A stretch of 64,000 bases of DNA from an uncultured Actinomycetes bacterium (GCA_963752505.1 CAVVYM010000003.1:158223-222222); one strand, 5' to 3'; shown: positions 29,732 to 41,045, counted from the stretch's first letter. Notes: generated from the sequence alone by a model not told the origin. Made by a program: numbers and translations.

Positions 29732-31105
29732 ATGACGATCCGCAAGCCAGTGGCGGCCGCCGTCGCTCTGGCCGCCGTCATGACGCTCGCCGCATGCGCA
29801 GCGGAATCCGAACCAGTCGACCCGAGCCCCTCAGGAAGCACTGGCCCACCGGCCGGGAAGGTGACCGTTTGGGACGCATCCGCTGCGCCCAGCACCGGGC
29901 CGGAGGCCTACGCTCCCGTGATCGAATCCTTCCGCGCCGACTATCCCGAAATCGAGGTTGAGGTCGTTGCTATCGATCCCGCCACGGCGCGTCAAGAGTT
30001 CGAGGAAGCATCGCGACAGGGCACGCCCCCGACGCTCTTGGTGGCGCCATCCCAGTGGACCATCGAGTTGGCGGGGCGGGGATTTCTCGAGCCACTCACG
30101 GATACCCCCCTCGATCTCGCACTCAGCGACTACGTGCCCGTCGTCAGGCCGTCGGTCCAATTCGATGAGCGACTCTGGGGCCTGCCGCAAACCGCGACGA
30201 GCGACGCGCTGGTATGCAACGAGCGGCTTCTGAGCGCGGCCCAGGCAACCGTGCCAGCGACCTGGGAAGAGGTCGCGACTACAGCACCGCAGGTTCAGGC
30301 GGCTGGGGCCACGCTGCTCCTCGCGCCAGCCACCGGATCCGACGCCCTGCCGCACCTCTACGCGTCGGGCGGGGGGATGCTCGACGTGGGCGCGACCTCC
30401 ATCTTGGTCAACGACCAGGCGTCCGTTGCTGGTTGGACGAACGCGGTCGCATTGATCGAATCCGGTGCCACCCCGCGCGGCCTGCCGCAATTGCCGACGC
30501 CGACGCCGACGACCGCGCCGACGGAGTCCCCCGGCGTGGGGAGTGACGCAACCGCAGCACCCTCTGATGGCGAAGCTCGCGAGGCCTTCCTGCAAGGAGC
30601 GCTGGCGTGCGTGGTGATCGGGCCGCAGGACGCGGTGACCCTCTATGCCGACGCGCGGGCGGCAACAGATGTGAGCATCTCGATTAATCCGCTGCCAGCC
30701 GGTACGGCGTCGGGGGCGAGTACCGCCGGCGGCACCAATATCAACGTTGCCGCGGCGGCCCAACCTGCCGAGAGGGAACTGGGCTACATGTTCGCAGAGC
30801 ACCTCAACAGTGCGGATTCCCAATTCACGCTGGCCGCGACCGCGGCTTGGCCGCCGGCACTAGGCCTGCCCATCCGGCTACTGGCGGACGAGACCACAGC
30901 CACGGCAATAGTGCTGACGGAATACGCGCCACTATTGGATGCTGCGCAGCCGTGGCCGCCGGTGCCCGAGTTGGCATCGTTGATCCCAGCGTTGGACGTT
31001 GGCTGGGCCGCCATGGCCGCCGGGCAGGCGCCGCCGAACGAGGCCGCGGACGGAATTGCAGTCGAGTGGCTGACGGTCCTACCTGCCACATACCAGCCCA
31101 AATAA
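29732..31105 (+). CDS. ABC transporter extracellular solute-binding lipoprotein (family 1, divergent)
   Basis: ATG 29732 after GGGAGA. Signal peptide with lipobox LAAC. Sugar-SBP-like N-lobe, with an internal Pro/Thr-rich insertion (LPQLPTPTPTTAPTESPG). Confidence 0.65.
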   Translation: MTIRKPVAAAVALAAVMTLAACAAESEPVDPSPSGSTGPPAGKVTVWDASAAPSTGPEAYAPVIESFRADYPEIEVEVVAIDPATARQEFEEASRQGTPPTLLVAPSQWTIELAGRGFLEPLTDTPLDLALSDYVPVVRPSVQFDERLWGLPQTATSDALVCNERLLSAAQATVPATWEEVATTAPQVQAAGATLLLAPATGSDALPHLYASGGGMLDVGATSILVNDQASVAGWTNAVALIESGATPRGLPQLPTPTPTTAPTESPGVGSDATAAPSDGEAREAFLQGALACVVIGPQDAVTLYADARAATDVSISINPLPAGTASGASTAGGTNINVAAAAQPAERELGYMFAEHLNSADSQFTLAATAAWPPALGLPIRLLADETTATAIVLTEYAPLLDAAQPWPPVPELASLIPALDVGWAAMAAGQAPPNEAADGIAVEWLTVLPATYQPK

Positions 31106-31317
31106 ACCCCCGAGGGTGAAACGCCTTAAGAAAAATTGGCGACAAGACGGCATTACGGCTGTGTAAACGCCATGATAGGGAAGCGTTCTGTGAGACACGC
31201 CCGTGTTTTCTGCGGGCTGGTCGTTGTGGCGTTTGCTCGCACCACGGATCGTGATGGGGCGTAGCTCGACCGGCTGGCTCCACGGACCCGATACCAGTCG
31301 GGCCCGGAACATAAGGA

Positions 31318-32574
31318 ATGGAGCAGAAATTGGGACGCATGTTTCGCGGCGCGGCTGTTGTAGCCGGGCTCGCACTCGCCCTCACCGCATGTGGTGGTAG
31401 CGACTCGGGCGATTCCGGCTCGGGCGACTCGACGGCGGCTTCCGGCAGCTCGCTGCTGATCTGGGCAGATGAGAACCGGGCCGGTCCGATCGGCGACCTC
31501 GCCAAGCAGTGGGGTGATGAGAACGGCGTCAACGTCACCGTCACGCAGGTGAACTTTGACGATATGAAGGACCAGTACAACCAGCAGGCTCCCAACGGAC
31601 AGGGACCTGACATCTTCCTGGGTGCCAACGACTGGGCGGGTGAGTTCCAGACCAGCGGCCTCATCGCGCCCATCGACCTCGGCTCCAACACCGAGAACTT
31701 CGCCCCCACGTCACTTGAGGGCTTCAACGTCGACGGTGCGAACTATGGGGTTCCGGTCGCGGTGGAAAACGTGATCATGTTCCGCAACACCGATCTCGCT
31801 CCCAACGCGCCGGCAACCATCAACGAGATGTCGACGACCGGCCTGCAGTTGCAGTCCGAGGGCAAAACCCAGTACCCGATCGGCTTGCAGGTCGGCGAGA
31901 AGGGTGACGCCTACCACGCCTACCCGTTCTACTCGGCGGCTGGCGGCTACTTCTTCGGTGGTCCGGACGCTGAGGGCCAGTACGACCCGAACGACCTCGG
32001 AGTCGGCGAGGAAGGCTCGTTGGTGTTTGCCGATGCCTGGGGTCAACTCGGAGCGCAAGGCGCGATCCGGGCCACCTTCACCGGCGACGACCTGACGAAT
32101 GCCTGGTCAGCTGGCCAGTTGCCCTACTGGATCACTGGTCCGTGGAACGCCTCCACGGTTGAAGAGTCCGGCGTGCCCTTCGTCGCCGAGCCCGTGCCTG
32201 GCTGGGAAGGTGTGAGCGCCAAGTCAATCCCGATCGTGGGCTCGCAGGGGTTCTACCTCAACCAGAACTCCAACAACCGGACCACTGCGCAAGCCTTCCT
32301 GGACGCCACCATGAACACCGAGTTCATGACGTCCATCTACGAAGCCGACCCGCGCCCGCCGGCGTGGATCCCGGCCCAAGAGGCTGCTGCGAACGACCCG
32401 ATCATGAAGGCCATCACTGAGTACGGCACCGACGGGTTCCCGAACCTGCCGTGGGCCGAGATGGGCGTCGTCTACGAAGAGGTCGGCTTGGCCCAACAGC
32501 GGATCCTGGGCGGTGCTGACCCGAAGGCCACGATGGAAGAGGCCCGGGCCAACATCGAAAGCCGGACCGGCTGA
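31318..32574 (+). CDS. malE: maltose/maltodextrin-type ABC substrate-binding lipoprotein
   Basis: Lipobox LTACGG. The LLIWADENRAGP start of the mature domain and overall length fit MalE-like SBPs. Start could be 31318 or 31339. Confidence 0.8.
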   Translation: MEQKLGRMFRGAAVVAGLALALTACGGSDSGDSGSGDSTAASGSSLLIWADENRAGPIGDLAKQWGDENGVNVTVTQVNFDDMKDQYNQQAPNGQGPDIFLGANDWAGEFQTSGLIAPIDLGSNTENFAPTSLEGFNVDGANYGVPVAVENVIMFRNTDLAPNAPATINEMSTTGLQLQSEGKTQYPIGLQVGEKGDAYHAYPFYSAAGGYFFGGPDAEGQYDPNDLGVGEEGSLVFADAWGQLGAQGAIRATFTGDDLTNAWSAGQLPYWITGPWNASTVEESGVPFVAEPVPGWEGVSAKSIPIVGSQGFYLNQNSNNRTTAQAFLDATMNTEFMTSIYEADPRPPAWIPAQEAAANDPIMKAITEYGTDGFPNLPWAEMGVVYEEVGLAQQRILGGADPKATMEEARANIESRTG

Positions 32575-32611
32575 CGATTCCGAAGACGAGTCCGGGCAGC
32601 TAGGAGACAAC

Positions 32612-34234
32612 GTGTCAGTTCAAGCGCCAGAGAAGGCAAAAGCACCGATGGTTGCTCAGCCTTCAGGGAAATTCTCGGCCTGGGTGGTCAAACTGATCAT
32701 CCTGGGTGTGATCGATGTTCTCGGTATCTGGGCGATCGCCCAGAGTCTGACCGCCGAGTGGTGGCTCGCCGTGGGGTTCCTCGCGGTGGTCCTCGTACTC
32801 CTGAACATCACATATTTCCGTCGCGGTGGACTGCCGTTCAAGTACCTGCTGCCCGGACTCATCTTTTTGCTGGCATTCCAGCTCTATCCCGCTGGCTACA
32901 CCTTCGGGGCCTCTTTCACCAACTACGGCACCGGCCACGTGTTGCCGCAGGATCAGGTCGTCGGCGCGATCATCGCGCAGAGTTCACGCCCGGTTGAGGG
33001 CGCCCCGTCCTACGATGTCGTCGCAGTGGAAAAGGGCGGCGACGTCTTCATGTTGGTCACCGATCCGGATGACCCCACCAAGGCCCTCCTCGGATCGTCT
33101 GAGGAACTCATCCCGGCGGAGAATGCGGAGTTCAGTGGTGGCAAGGCCACCGGGCTAGAGGGATACAACACGCTCAACCTCGGCGCCCTCGCCAGCAGTC
33201 CGGACCTTGACCAGCAGTGGCAGGAATTGACGGTTCCCTTCGATGCGGACGAGGGCATCTACCTCAAACCGCAGAGTCCCACACGTGCCTCAGAGGCGAA
33301 GTCGACCGTGATCTATGACGCCGAGGCCAAGACCTTCACCGACAGTGAGACCGGTGACGTCTTCCGGCCCAACGGGGACGTGGGCTTGTTCACCACCGAC
33401 GCCTTCGACAACGAGGAAGGCGAGTCCCGCGCGAATCAGGGGCAGTTCCTCACGCCCGGTTGGCCGGTATTCGTGGGCATTGACAACTACACGCGAATCC
33501 TCACCGACCCCGGGGTTCGTGCCAACTTCCTTCCCATCCTCCTGTGGTCATTCGTCTTCGCCATAGGCACCGTCATCATGCAGTTCGTCTTCGGTCTGCT
33601 TCTGGCGATCGTGATGCAGGACAAGCGGATGAGGGGGCAAAAGTTCTACCGGCTGATCCTGATCTTGCCCTACGCCCTGCCGATCTTCATGACGGCACTG
33701 GTGTGGAAGGGCATGCTCAACACCGACTTCGGAATCATCAACCAGATCATCGGATCGCCCGTCCCATGGCTCACCGATGGCACCTTGGCGAAGCTGTCGC
33801 TGTTGGTGGTGAACCTGTGGATCGGCTACTCGTACATGCTGCTGGTGGTCACCGGCGCCCTGACTGCGGTGCCCGGAGACCTCAAGGAAGCTGCCTTCGT
33901 GGATGGCGCCAGCGCTTGGCGGGCCTTCCGCTCGGTGGTGCTCCCGCTGCTGATGGTGAGTGTCTCGCCACTGCTCATTGCGTCTTTCGCCTTCAACTTC
34001 AACAACTTCACCTTGGTGGAGTTGTTAACCGGAGGTGGTCCATTCCCGGGCTCGCCCATTGAAGGCGGGCAGACCGACCTGCTGATCACCTACACCTATC
34101 GATTGGCCTTCGGCACTTCGCAACAGTTGCTGGGCTTCGCGTCTGCAATCTCAATGGTCATCTTCATCATCGTGGCCGGCATCTCTGCCTACGGCTTCCG
34201 GCTCACCAAGAAGCTCGAGGAGATCAAGGCATGA
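32612..34234 (+). CDS. malF: maltodextrin-type ABC permease with a large extracytoplasmic loop (MalF-like)
   Basis: GTG 32612 after AGGAG. About 540 aa, with a ~170-aa hydrophilic loop between TM segments and an EAA-type loop (EAAFVDGASAWRAFRSVVLP). Confidence 0.8.
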   Translation: MSVQAPEKAKAPMVAQPSGKFSAWVVKLIILGVIDVLGIWAIAQSLTAEWWLAVGFLAVVLVLLNITYFRRGGLPFKYLLPGLIFLLAFQLYPAGYTFGASFTNYGTGHVLPQDQVVGAIIAQSSRPVEGAPSYDVVAVEKGGDVFMLVTDPDDPTKALLGSSEELIPAENAEFSGGKATGLEGYNTLNLGALASSPDLDQQWQELTVPFDADEGIYLKPQSPTRASEAKSTVIYDAEAKTFTDSETGDVFRPNGDVGLFTTDAFDNEEGESRANQGQFLTPGWPVFVGIDNYTRILTDPGVRANFLPILLWSFVFAIGTVIMQFVFGLLLAIVMQDKRMRGQKFYRLILILPYALPIFMTALVWKGMLNTDFGIINQIIGSPVPWLTDGTLAKLSLLVVNLWIGYSYMLLVVTGALTAVPGDLKEAAFVDGASAWRAFRSVVLPLLMVSVSPLLIASFAFNFNNFTLVELLTGGGPFPGSPIEGGQTDLLITYTYRLAFGTSQQLLGFASAISMVIFIIVAGISAYGFRLTKKLEEIKA

Positions 34235-35301
34235 GCAACGACAACGGGCCCGACTTCCTCGGCAAGAATCCGGACGGCAGCAACCCCGGCTCGCGCGCCA
34301 ACGACGATCCCGACCTGCAGTTGGCGGTCAATCGTGAGGGCCAGGCGTTGGCCATGGACGAGCTCGCCGTCACGGAGGGAAGCGTCACCCCCACCCGGGC
34401 GGCGCCGAAGATGAGTTTCGGCCGCTGGGCCACGCAATTGGGATGGCGCCACGCGGTGGCGATCATCGCGGTGATTTTCGCCCTGTTCCCGATTCTCTAC
34501 ATCATCAACGTGGCACTGAACCCGGTCGGTTCACTCTCCGCGTCCTGCCCGCCGAGCAAGACGGGCCTGAGCGCCCTGACCTGCTTGGCACCCAGCACGA
34601 TTGATTTCAGCAACTTCAGTGCGATTTTCAACGATCCCCTGAAGCCGTTCGGGACCTGGTTCCTCAACACGTTGACCTTGGCTCTGCTGGTCTCGTTCAT
34701 CTCGACTCTGATGTCTGCGGCCGGGGCGTTCGCCTTCAGCCGTCTGCGTTTCAAGGGCCGCCGCCCGGGACTGCTCGCGCTCGTACTGCTGCAGATGTTC
34801 CCGCAGATTCTGGCGATCACCGCAATCTTCATCTTGATGACCAGCATCAAGGACGTTTTCCCGATCTTCGGTCTGGGGAGCGTGTGGGGTCTGTTGCTGA
34901 TCTATCTCGGTGGATCTCTGGGCGTGAACACCTACCTGATGAAGGGCTTCTTCGACACGATTCCAGTGGAGATCGACGAGTCGGCGAAGATCGATGGCGC
35001 GAGTCATGTGCGCATCTTCTTCGGACTTGTGCTCCGGTTGGCTCTGCCGGTTCTCGTCGTGGTGTTCTTCGTGACGTTCACGTTCATCTTCAACGAACTT
35101 GCTATCGCGCGGGTGCTGCTACCTGACCTGCGTGACACCACGCTCGCGGTCGGGTTGAACACCTACGTCTCCGGCAACCTGCAGGAGTGGGGCAAGTTCG
35201 CCGCGGGTGCGCTGATCTCGGCAATTCCCATGCTGATCGTGTTCGGTGTTACGCAGAGGTATCTCGTCACGGGTCTCACCTCGGGCGCGGTCAAGGGCTA
35301 G
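34231..35301 (+). CDS. malG: maltodextrin-type ABC permease (MalG-like)
   Basis: ATGA overlap with malF. EAA loop ESAKIDGASHVRIFFGLVLR. Confidence 0.8.
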   Translation: MSNDNGPDFLGKNPDGSNPGSRANDDPDLQLAVNREGQALAMDELAVTEGSVTPTRAAPKMSFGRWATQLGWRHAVAIIAVIFALFPILYIINVALNPVGSLSASCPPSKTGLSALTCLAPSTIDFSNFSAIFNDPLKPFGTWFLNTLTLALLVSFISTLMSAAGAFAFSRLRFKGRRPGLLALVLLQMFPQILAITAIFILMTSIKDVFPIFGLGSVWGLLLIYLGGSLGVNTYLMKGFFDTIPVEIDESAKIDGASHVRIFFGLVLRLALPVLVVVFFVTFTFIFNELAIARVLLPDLRDTTLAVGLNTYVSGNLQEWGKFAAGALISAIPMLIVFGVTQRYLVTGLTSGAVKG

Positions 35302-35315
35302 CGGCCACAACCACC

Positions 35316-37274
35316 ATGCCGCACGCCGACGCCAGCCAAGCGGGGGTGGACTCCGGTGCGCTCCTTGACGTGCCGCATCACGACGGTTCGAGGCGGTACC
35401 TGCCGGCACCGCCGAAAGCGCTCGGCGACTCCTTCCCGGTGCTGCTGCGCGCACCCCACGAGGCGGGTGTCACGCGCGTGGTCGTCCGTCAGGTGCATGA
35501 CGGCGAGCCCTTCTCCGCCCCGGCTGAACTGGTCGGCGAGGACTCGGGTGCGCAGTGGTGGCAGGGAACGGTGACCCAGCGCAATCCGGTGGTGAACTAC
35601 CGCTTCCTCACTGATTCGGGGCCGTACGGCTATCGGTGGATCACAGCGGCTGGAGCGGTGGATCACGATCCGACCGACGCGTCGGACTTCCGAACCGCCG
35701 TGCACAACAGCCCGCCGCCGTGGCTGCGCGGCTCGGTCGCCTATCAGGTGTTCCCCGATAGGTTCGCTCGTTCCGGCCGCGTCGACGAGGCGTTGCTGCG
35801 CGACGCAGCGCAGGACTGGGCGACCCTCGTCGACTGGAATGCGCCCACGGCCGGATTCGGGCGAGAACGCGCCCGCCAGTTGTACGGCGGCGACCTGTAC
35901 GGCGTGGTCGAGAAGCTCGATCACCTCGAGCGTCTCGGCGTCAACCTGATCTACCTCACGCCGGTGTTCCCCGCGCCGTCCAATCACCGCTACAACGCAA
36001 CATCGTTCGACCGCGTCGACGAGGTGCTCGGGGGTGACGCCGCCCTAGCCGAGTTGGTTGCGGCCGCTCACGCCCGCGGTATGAAGGTGATCGGTGACTT
36101 CACCAGCAACCACACCGGCAGCAGGCACGAGTGGTTCGTCGCCGCACAACGCGATCTGGCCTCCGAAGAGGCGCAATTCTACTTTTTCGGTGACTCACCC
36201 GATGACTACGAAGGCTGGTTCGGGGTGCCGAGTCTGCCTAAGGTGGACCACAGTCGGCCGGCGGTCCGTCGACGAATGATCACGGACGTGAGCTCACCCG
36301 TCCGGCGATTCCTCCGCGAACCCTTCGCGTTGGACGGGTGGCGGGTGGACGTCGCCAACATGACCGGCCGACATAAAGAGCACGACGTGAATCACGACGT
36401 CGCCCGCGAGTTCCGGCAGGCGGTGACGACCGAGCGCCCCGACGCCTACGTGGTGGGTGAGCATTTCCACGACTTCCGAGACGACTTGCCCGGTGACGGT
36501 TGGCACGGGGTGATGAACTACGCCGGCTTCGCGAAGCCGATCTGGATGTGGCTCACGAGCGACTGGCCAGCCGAGCACTGGCTCGGCATTCCGTGGGAGG
36601 GGTGGCCTCGTCTGCCCGGCCCGGCGGTGGTGGCCACCATGCGGGAGTTTCTCGCTGTGCCGTGGCCGCAGGTGCTCGCGTCATTCACGTTGATTGGCAG
36701 CCACGACACGGCCCGGATAGCGACGATCACCGCCGACGCCGAGCTGGTCGAGGTAGCCGTGGCGGCCTTGATGACCTATCCGGGAACCCCGATGATCTGG
36801 GCCGGCGACGAGGTGGGCCTCACCGGCGTGAACGGCGAACAGGGGCGCCGACCATTCCCCTGGGACGCCCCCGAATCCTGGCAGCAGGAGACGCTGCAGG
36901 CGTATCGCCAACTCGCGTCGCTGCGCGGGCGCGAAGCCACCTTGCAGGTCGGTGGTTTGCGCTGGATCCACGTCGACGCTGATCGCATCGCGTATCTGCG
37001 CGAGACCCCGGAGGAGAGCGCCCTGGTGAGTCTCGCGCGTCGCGCGGGATCGCCGGTTAGGCTGCCGAAACGGTCACTGGGCATGCATGATGGTCAGCAG
37101 TTGGAGACTCTGTACGGGGCTTTGAACCTTGCTGACGACGGTGCCTACGTGACGATCCCCGGGGCGGGACCCGCCGCTGGTATCTGGCGGTGGGGGAATC
37201 GGCAGCAGATACGTCCCACACAGGCTTTCGCAACCACATCACCACAACCGGAGGAACACACATGGCCGAGGTAG
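35316..37274 (+). CDS. glycoside hydrolase family 13 (alpha-glucosidase / maltodextrin glucosidase-like)
   Basis: GH13 conserved regions: [23 protein letters not shown], and IGSHDTARI. Confidence 0.85.
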   Translation: MPHADASQAGVDSGALLDVPHHDGSRRYLPAPPKALGDSFPVLLRAPHEAGVTRVVVRQVHDGEPFSAPAELVGEDSGAQWWQGTVTQRNPVVNYRFLTDSGPYGYRWITAAGAVDHDPTDASDFRTAVHNSPPPWLRGSVAYQVFPDRFARSGRVDEALLRDAAQDWATLVDWNAPTAGFGRERARQLYGGDLYGVVEKLDHLERLGVNLIYLTPVFPAPSNHRYNATSFDRVDEVLGGDAALAELVAAAHARGMKVIGDFTSNHTGSRHEWFVAAQRDLASEEAQFYFFGDSPDDYEGWFGVPSLPKVDHSRPAVRRRMITDVSSPVRRFLREPFALDGWRVDVANMTGRHKEHDVNHDVAREFRQAVTTERPDAYVVGEHFHDFRDDLPGDGWHGVMNYAGFAKPIWMWLTSDWPAEHWLGIPWEGWPRLPGPAVVATMREFLAVPWPQVLASFTLIGSHDTARIATITADAELVEVAVAALMTYPGTPMIWAGDEVGLTGVNGEQGRRPFPWDAPESWQQETLQAYRQLASLRGREATLQVGGLRWIHVDADRIAYLRETPEESALVSLARRAGSPVRLPKRSLGMHDGQQLETLYGALNLADDGAYVTIPGAGPAAGIWRWGNRQQIRPTQAFATTSPQPEEHTWPR

Positions 37275-38461
37275 TGCTTAAGCACATTGAGAAGTTGTAC
37301 GAGAACGGCTACCACGCCGTGAGGGACCTCAACCTCGACATCGCCGATGGCGAGTTCCTCGTACTCGTCGGGCCCTCCGGTTGCGGCAAGTCGACCGCGC
37401 TACGGATGGTTGCCGGACTGGAGGACATCTCCGGCGGTGATCTCTACATCGGCGACCGTCGGGTGAATGACCTGCCGCCGCAGGACCGTGACATCGCAAT
37501 GGTGTTCCAGTCGTACGCCCTCTACCCGCACATGTCGGTGGCGGACAACATCGCCTACGGCTTGAAGTTGCGCAAGATGCCCAAAGCGAAGATCCAGGCC
37601 CGAATCAAGAAGGCCGCCGACATGCTCGAACTCAACGACTACCTCGATCGCAAGCCCGCGCAGCTCTCCGGCGGACAGCGTCAGCGCGTGGCCATGGGGC
37701 GCGCCATCGTGCGCGAACCGGCGGTGTTCCTCATGGACGAGCCGCTCTCCAACCTCGACGCAAAACTGCGAGTGCAGATGCGTGCGGAGATCTCTGCTGT
37801 GGTGCGTTCACTAGGCACCACGACGATCTACGTCACTCACGACCAGGTGGAAGCCATGACGATGGGTGACCGGATGGCCGTCATGAAGACCGGTGTGCTC
37901 AACCAGGTGGGAACGCCGCAGGAGGTCTACGACTCCCCGAACAACATCTTCGTCGCCCAGTTCGTGGGCTCGCCGCCGATGAACCTCGTGCAGGGCCGGC
38001 TGGAGGAGTCCGGTGGCGAATTCACGCTGAGCGTTGGCGGGTCCACGCTTGCGGTGCCCCCGGCCGTGCTCGACGAGCGCCCGGCGCTGCGGCAATACGT
38101 AGGCAAGGACGTCGCCGTGGGGCTTCGCTCCGAGGACATGGAGGATGCCTCATTGCTCAAGGAGGTGGCGCCCAACTCGACGTTGAAGGGCACGGTCACC
38201 CTGGTGGAGGCGCTCGGTTCGGAAATCGTTGTGCACTTCGATCTGCCAGGTGAGCCGGTTGTCACCGACGACACCAAACTGGTTGCGGCCGAAACCGGCG
38301 GCGACGAGGTCATCGACGTCGGCCACTCCGACGGCGTGAAGTGGGTGGCTTCGTTCGCCCCGCGATCGCGAGTGCGGCTTGGTGAGGACGTGACGATCGT
38401 GGTGGACGCTGAGCGCATTCACTGGTTCGACTCCCACAGCGGTGAGGCAATTCGCGACTAG
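37262..38461 (+). CDS. sugar ABC transporter ATP-binding protein (MalK/MsiK/UgpC type)
   Basis: Walker [10 protein letters not shown], signature [10 protein letters not shown], Walker [12 protein letters not shown], and a C-terminal regulatory domain. Start overlaps the GH13 end. Confidence 0.9.
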   Translation: MAEVVLKHIEKLYENGYHAVRDLNLDIADGEFLVLVGPSGCGKSTALRMVAGLEDISGGDLYIGDRRVNDLPPQDRDIAMVFQSYALYPHMSVADNIAYGLKLRKMPKAKIQARIKKAADMLELNDYLDRKPAQLSGGQRQRVAMGRAIVREPAVFLMDEPLSNLDAKLRVQMRAEISAVVRSLGTTTIYVTHDQVEAMTMGDRMAVMKTGVLNQVGTPQEVYDSPNNIFVAQFVGSPPMNLVQGRLEESGGEFTLSVGGSTLAVPPAVLDERPALRQYVGKDVAVGLRSEDMEDASLLKEVAPNSTLKGTVTLVEALGSEIVVHFDLPGEPVVTDDTKLVAAETGGDEVIDVGHSDGVKWVASFAPRSRVRLGEDVTIVVDAERIHWFDSHSGEAIRD

Positions 38462-38495
38462 CCGAGGCCCGGCAGCGACTGAAGGAGCCACTCGG

Positions 38496-39812
38496 GTGGT
38501 TGCCAGAGATCTCGGCTCGGTTGAAATCACCGCGCTCGAGGCGAATCCGGAACTGCTCGCCCTGCCGTGGCAGTTGCCGCTGCTCGAGTGGCCGCAGGAC
38601 GTCACAGTGTCGATGCCCCGCGGCATTTCGCGCAACGTCGTGCGGTTCGTCGCCCTGCGGACCCCCCTGGCAACAGGCGGGGACCTCGCGGGTGCGGTGT
38701 ATGCCGTCAAGGAACTTCCCGAGTGGATCGCGCGGAAAGAGTTTCGCCTGCTCAGCGAGCTAGATCGCCTTGAGCTTCCCGTCGCCGAGGTCGCTGCCCT
38801 GGTAACCGGGCGCAGCACGCCGCAAGGGGATCCTCTCCCAGGTGCGGTGCTGACCCGATACGTGCTCTTCTCCCTGCCCTACCGTGCCCTCTTTGCTGCC
38901 GACCCGGACCCGGCCACGGCAGAGCGGCTGCTCGATGCGCTGGTGGTGTTGCTCGTGCGGCTGCACCTGTCAGGCTTCATGTGGGGGGACTGCTCGCTGT
39001 CCAATACCTTGTTTCGTCGTGACGCCGGGCAATTCGAGGCCTACCTGGTGGACGCTGAGACCGGCGAACTGCACGACAAGCTCACCCCCGGCCAACGCGC
39101 ATGGGACGTCGAACTGGCCACGGAGAAGTGTGCCGGCGAACTGCTGGACATCCAAGCGGGTGGCCTACTGGCACACGGCGATCCGATTGAGATGGGGTTA
39201 TCCATCGCGCCCCGCTACGCACGGCTCTGGGCGTTGGTGACCGGCGAGTTGCGCGTTGACGCAGGCGAAATGTGGCGTCTCGACGAACGGATCCGGCAAC
39301 TGCACGACGCAGGGTTCGACGTAGCGGAGTTGTCGATGTCGACCACGCCGGGCCACGCCGGCCAGGAGGTGGTGATCCGCCCTCAGGTGGTGGAATCCGG
39401 ATTCAGTTCCCGTCGGCTGCTGCGCCTCACCGGACTCGACACGGGGGAGAACCAGGCTCGCCGGCTGCTGTCCGACATCGAGGCGTATCGGGTGAGCCAC
39501 GCGGATGCTCTCGCCACCCCGGAGGCAGCAGCGCGGCTATGGCTGTCTGAGCAGTACCAACCGCTGGTGGCGGCCGTGCCGCAGGAACTGCGCGGCCGAT
39601 TGGCACCTCCCGAGGTCTACCACGAGGTGCTGGAGCATCGTTGGTACCTGTGCCAGCGGGAGGGTAGGGACGTGCCCTGGACGGAGGCGGTGCGGCGCTA
39701 CATCGATGAGATCTTGGCTCACAAGCCCGACGAGGTGATGGTCACTCCTGCGGCGGGACAGCCGACCGCTGACGATCTGCAGGCCGAGGCGGCACCACGC
39801 GAAATGGCCTGA
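38496..39812 (+). CDS. kinase-fold protein with a DUF4032-type C-terminal domain (function unknown)
   Basis: GTG 38496 lies 8 nt after AAGGAG. The N-terminal half resembles the lipopolysaccharide-kinase/RIO-like fold (AVYAVKELP...LHLSGFMWGDCSLSNTLF..EAYLVDAET). The C-terminal EHRWYLCQREGRDV is typical of DUF4032 (from memory). Confidence 0.65.
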   Translation: MVARDLGSVEITALEANPELLALPWQLPLLEWPQDVTVSMPRGISRNVVRFVALRTPLATGGDLAGAVYAVKELPEWIARKEFRLLSELDRLELPVAEVAALVTGRSTPQGDPLPGAVLTRYVLFSLPYRALFAADPDPATAERLLDALVVLLVRLHLSGFMWGDCSLSNTLFRRDAGQFEAYLVDAETGELHDKLTPGQRAWDVELATEKCAGELLDIQAGGLLAHGDPIEMGLSIAPRYARLWALVTGELRVDAGEMWRLDERIRQLHDAGFDVAELSMSTTPGHAGQEVVIRPQVVESGFSSRRLLRLTGLDTGENQARRLLSDIEAYRVSHADALATPEAAARLWLSEQYQPLVAAVPQELRGRLAPPEVYHEVLEHRWYLCQREGRDVPWTEAVRRYIDEILAHKPDEVMVTPAAGQPTADDLQAEAAPREMA

Positions 39813-39985
39813 GGAATCCCTGAACGAGAGCCACACCCAGGAGCACGACGAGTACGCCGGCACGCTGGATCCCGAGTCCATAGCAGGCGGTCGCACCGAT
39901 GGCTGCCGCCGAACCCACGAGGCAACATTGGCGTCTCGGCAAGCCTTCGCCGCTGGGAGCGGGCTGGTGGGCATGCTAGTGAGCT

Positions 39986-40939
39986 ATGTGGCAGAGGTTC
40001 CGCGAGTGGCGACGCGCTGCGCGAGCACGAGAAACCAAGGCGTACGACGCCTACCTCAGAATCGTCACCTATCCGCTCTTCGTGCTCGGCCTGCTCTTCC
40101 TGATCGCGTTCGCGATCATGCTGACACCCAACCCTGACGACGCCGAACTGCGCTTTGCCCGCGTGGTCATACCCGTGACCTGGCTGATCTTCGCCATCGA
40201 CTACGCGATCGGCATCATGCTGGCGCCGGACCGCTGGCACTACGTCCGCAGCCACGTGCTGCAGGCCACCGCACTGCTCTTCCCGCCACTGCGCATCCTC
40301 ATGCTCTTCCACGTCCTGCGCGTCCTGCAGTCCACCCCGATTCGCCGCGGCGACCGGGCGCGGACCTACGTCCTCTACGCCACCACCCTGCTCCTGGCGG
40401 TCTCGTCGATCCTCATGGTCTACTTCGAACGAAAGGCCCCGAACGCCAACATCACCAGTTTCGGCGACGCTCTGTGGTGGGGCGGCGAGACGGTCAGCAC
40501 CGTCGGTTACGGCGACTATTACCCCGTCACGGTTCCCGGCCGACTAGTGGCAGCGGTGCTGTTCGTCAACGGTGTCGCGCTGCTGAGCATCATCACCGCC
40601 GGACTGGCGCAGAACTTCCATTCCGACGATGACCAACGGAAGAAGAACACCGGTGCAGCGCAGTCAGGTGACGCCGGGACAGCCGCGACGCACGCTTCCG
40701 GAGATCAAAGCGATGGGCAGGCCGGCGATGACGACCACGTCACAGTGTCCCGCTCTGAGCTCCAACAACTGCATGGACGGTTGGCTTCGCTGGAGCGAAC
40801 GCTGTCGGAGATGACAGATCGCGTCACCGCGGCGCTCGCCCAGTCCGTGAGCGTCTTACCGCCGCCGGATTCGACGGCGCAACCCGACCGGCGCGCCGAA
40901 CCCTCTGGGCAGCCCGACGGCCCCGCTCCCTCCGCATAG
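39986..40939 (+). CDS. potassium channel protein
   Basis: Selectivity filter TVGYGD (ETVSTVGYGDYYPVT) preceded by several TM helices. Low-complexity acidic/Gln-rich C-terminus. Confidence 0.8.
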   Translation: MWQRFREWRRAARARETKAYDAYLRIVTYPLFVLGLLFLIAFAIMLTPNPDDAELRFARVVIPVTWLIFAIDYAIGIMLAPDRWHYVRSHVLQATALLFPPLRILMLFHVLRVLQSTPIRRGDRARTYVLYATTLLLAVSSILMVYFERKAPNANITSFGDALWWGGETVSTVGYGDYYPVTVPGRLVAAVLFVNGVALLSIITAGLAQNFHSDDDQRKKNTGAAQSGDAGTAATHASGDQSDGQAGDDDHVTVSRSELQQLHGRLASLERTLSEMTDRVTAALAQSVSVLPPPDSTAQPDRRAEPSGQPDGPAPSA

Positions 40940-41045
40940 CATAGGAATCGGCTCTCAAAGGCCTCGTCTGCGCTTGGACCCGAACCGCAGCACCGCCGCC
41001 GGACTTCAGACCTCAACTCAACTTCGACTATCCCGTGGAGCACCC

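Noticed and set aside
31150-31200. Possible LacI/MalR-type operator upstream of malE (AAACGC-N12-GCGTT)
   Set aside because: The 5-6 bp arms with a 12-nt spacer do not match the compact LacI-family palindrome, and there is no regulator gene nearby to support it.
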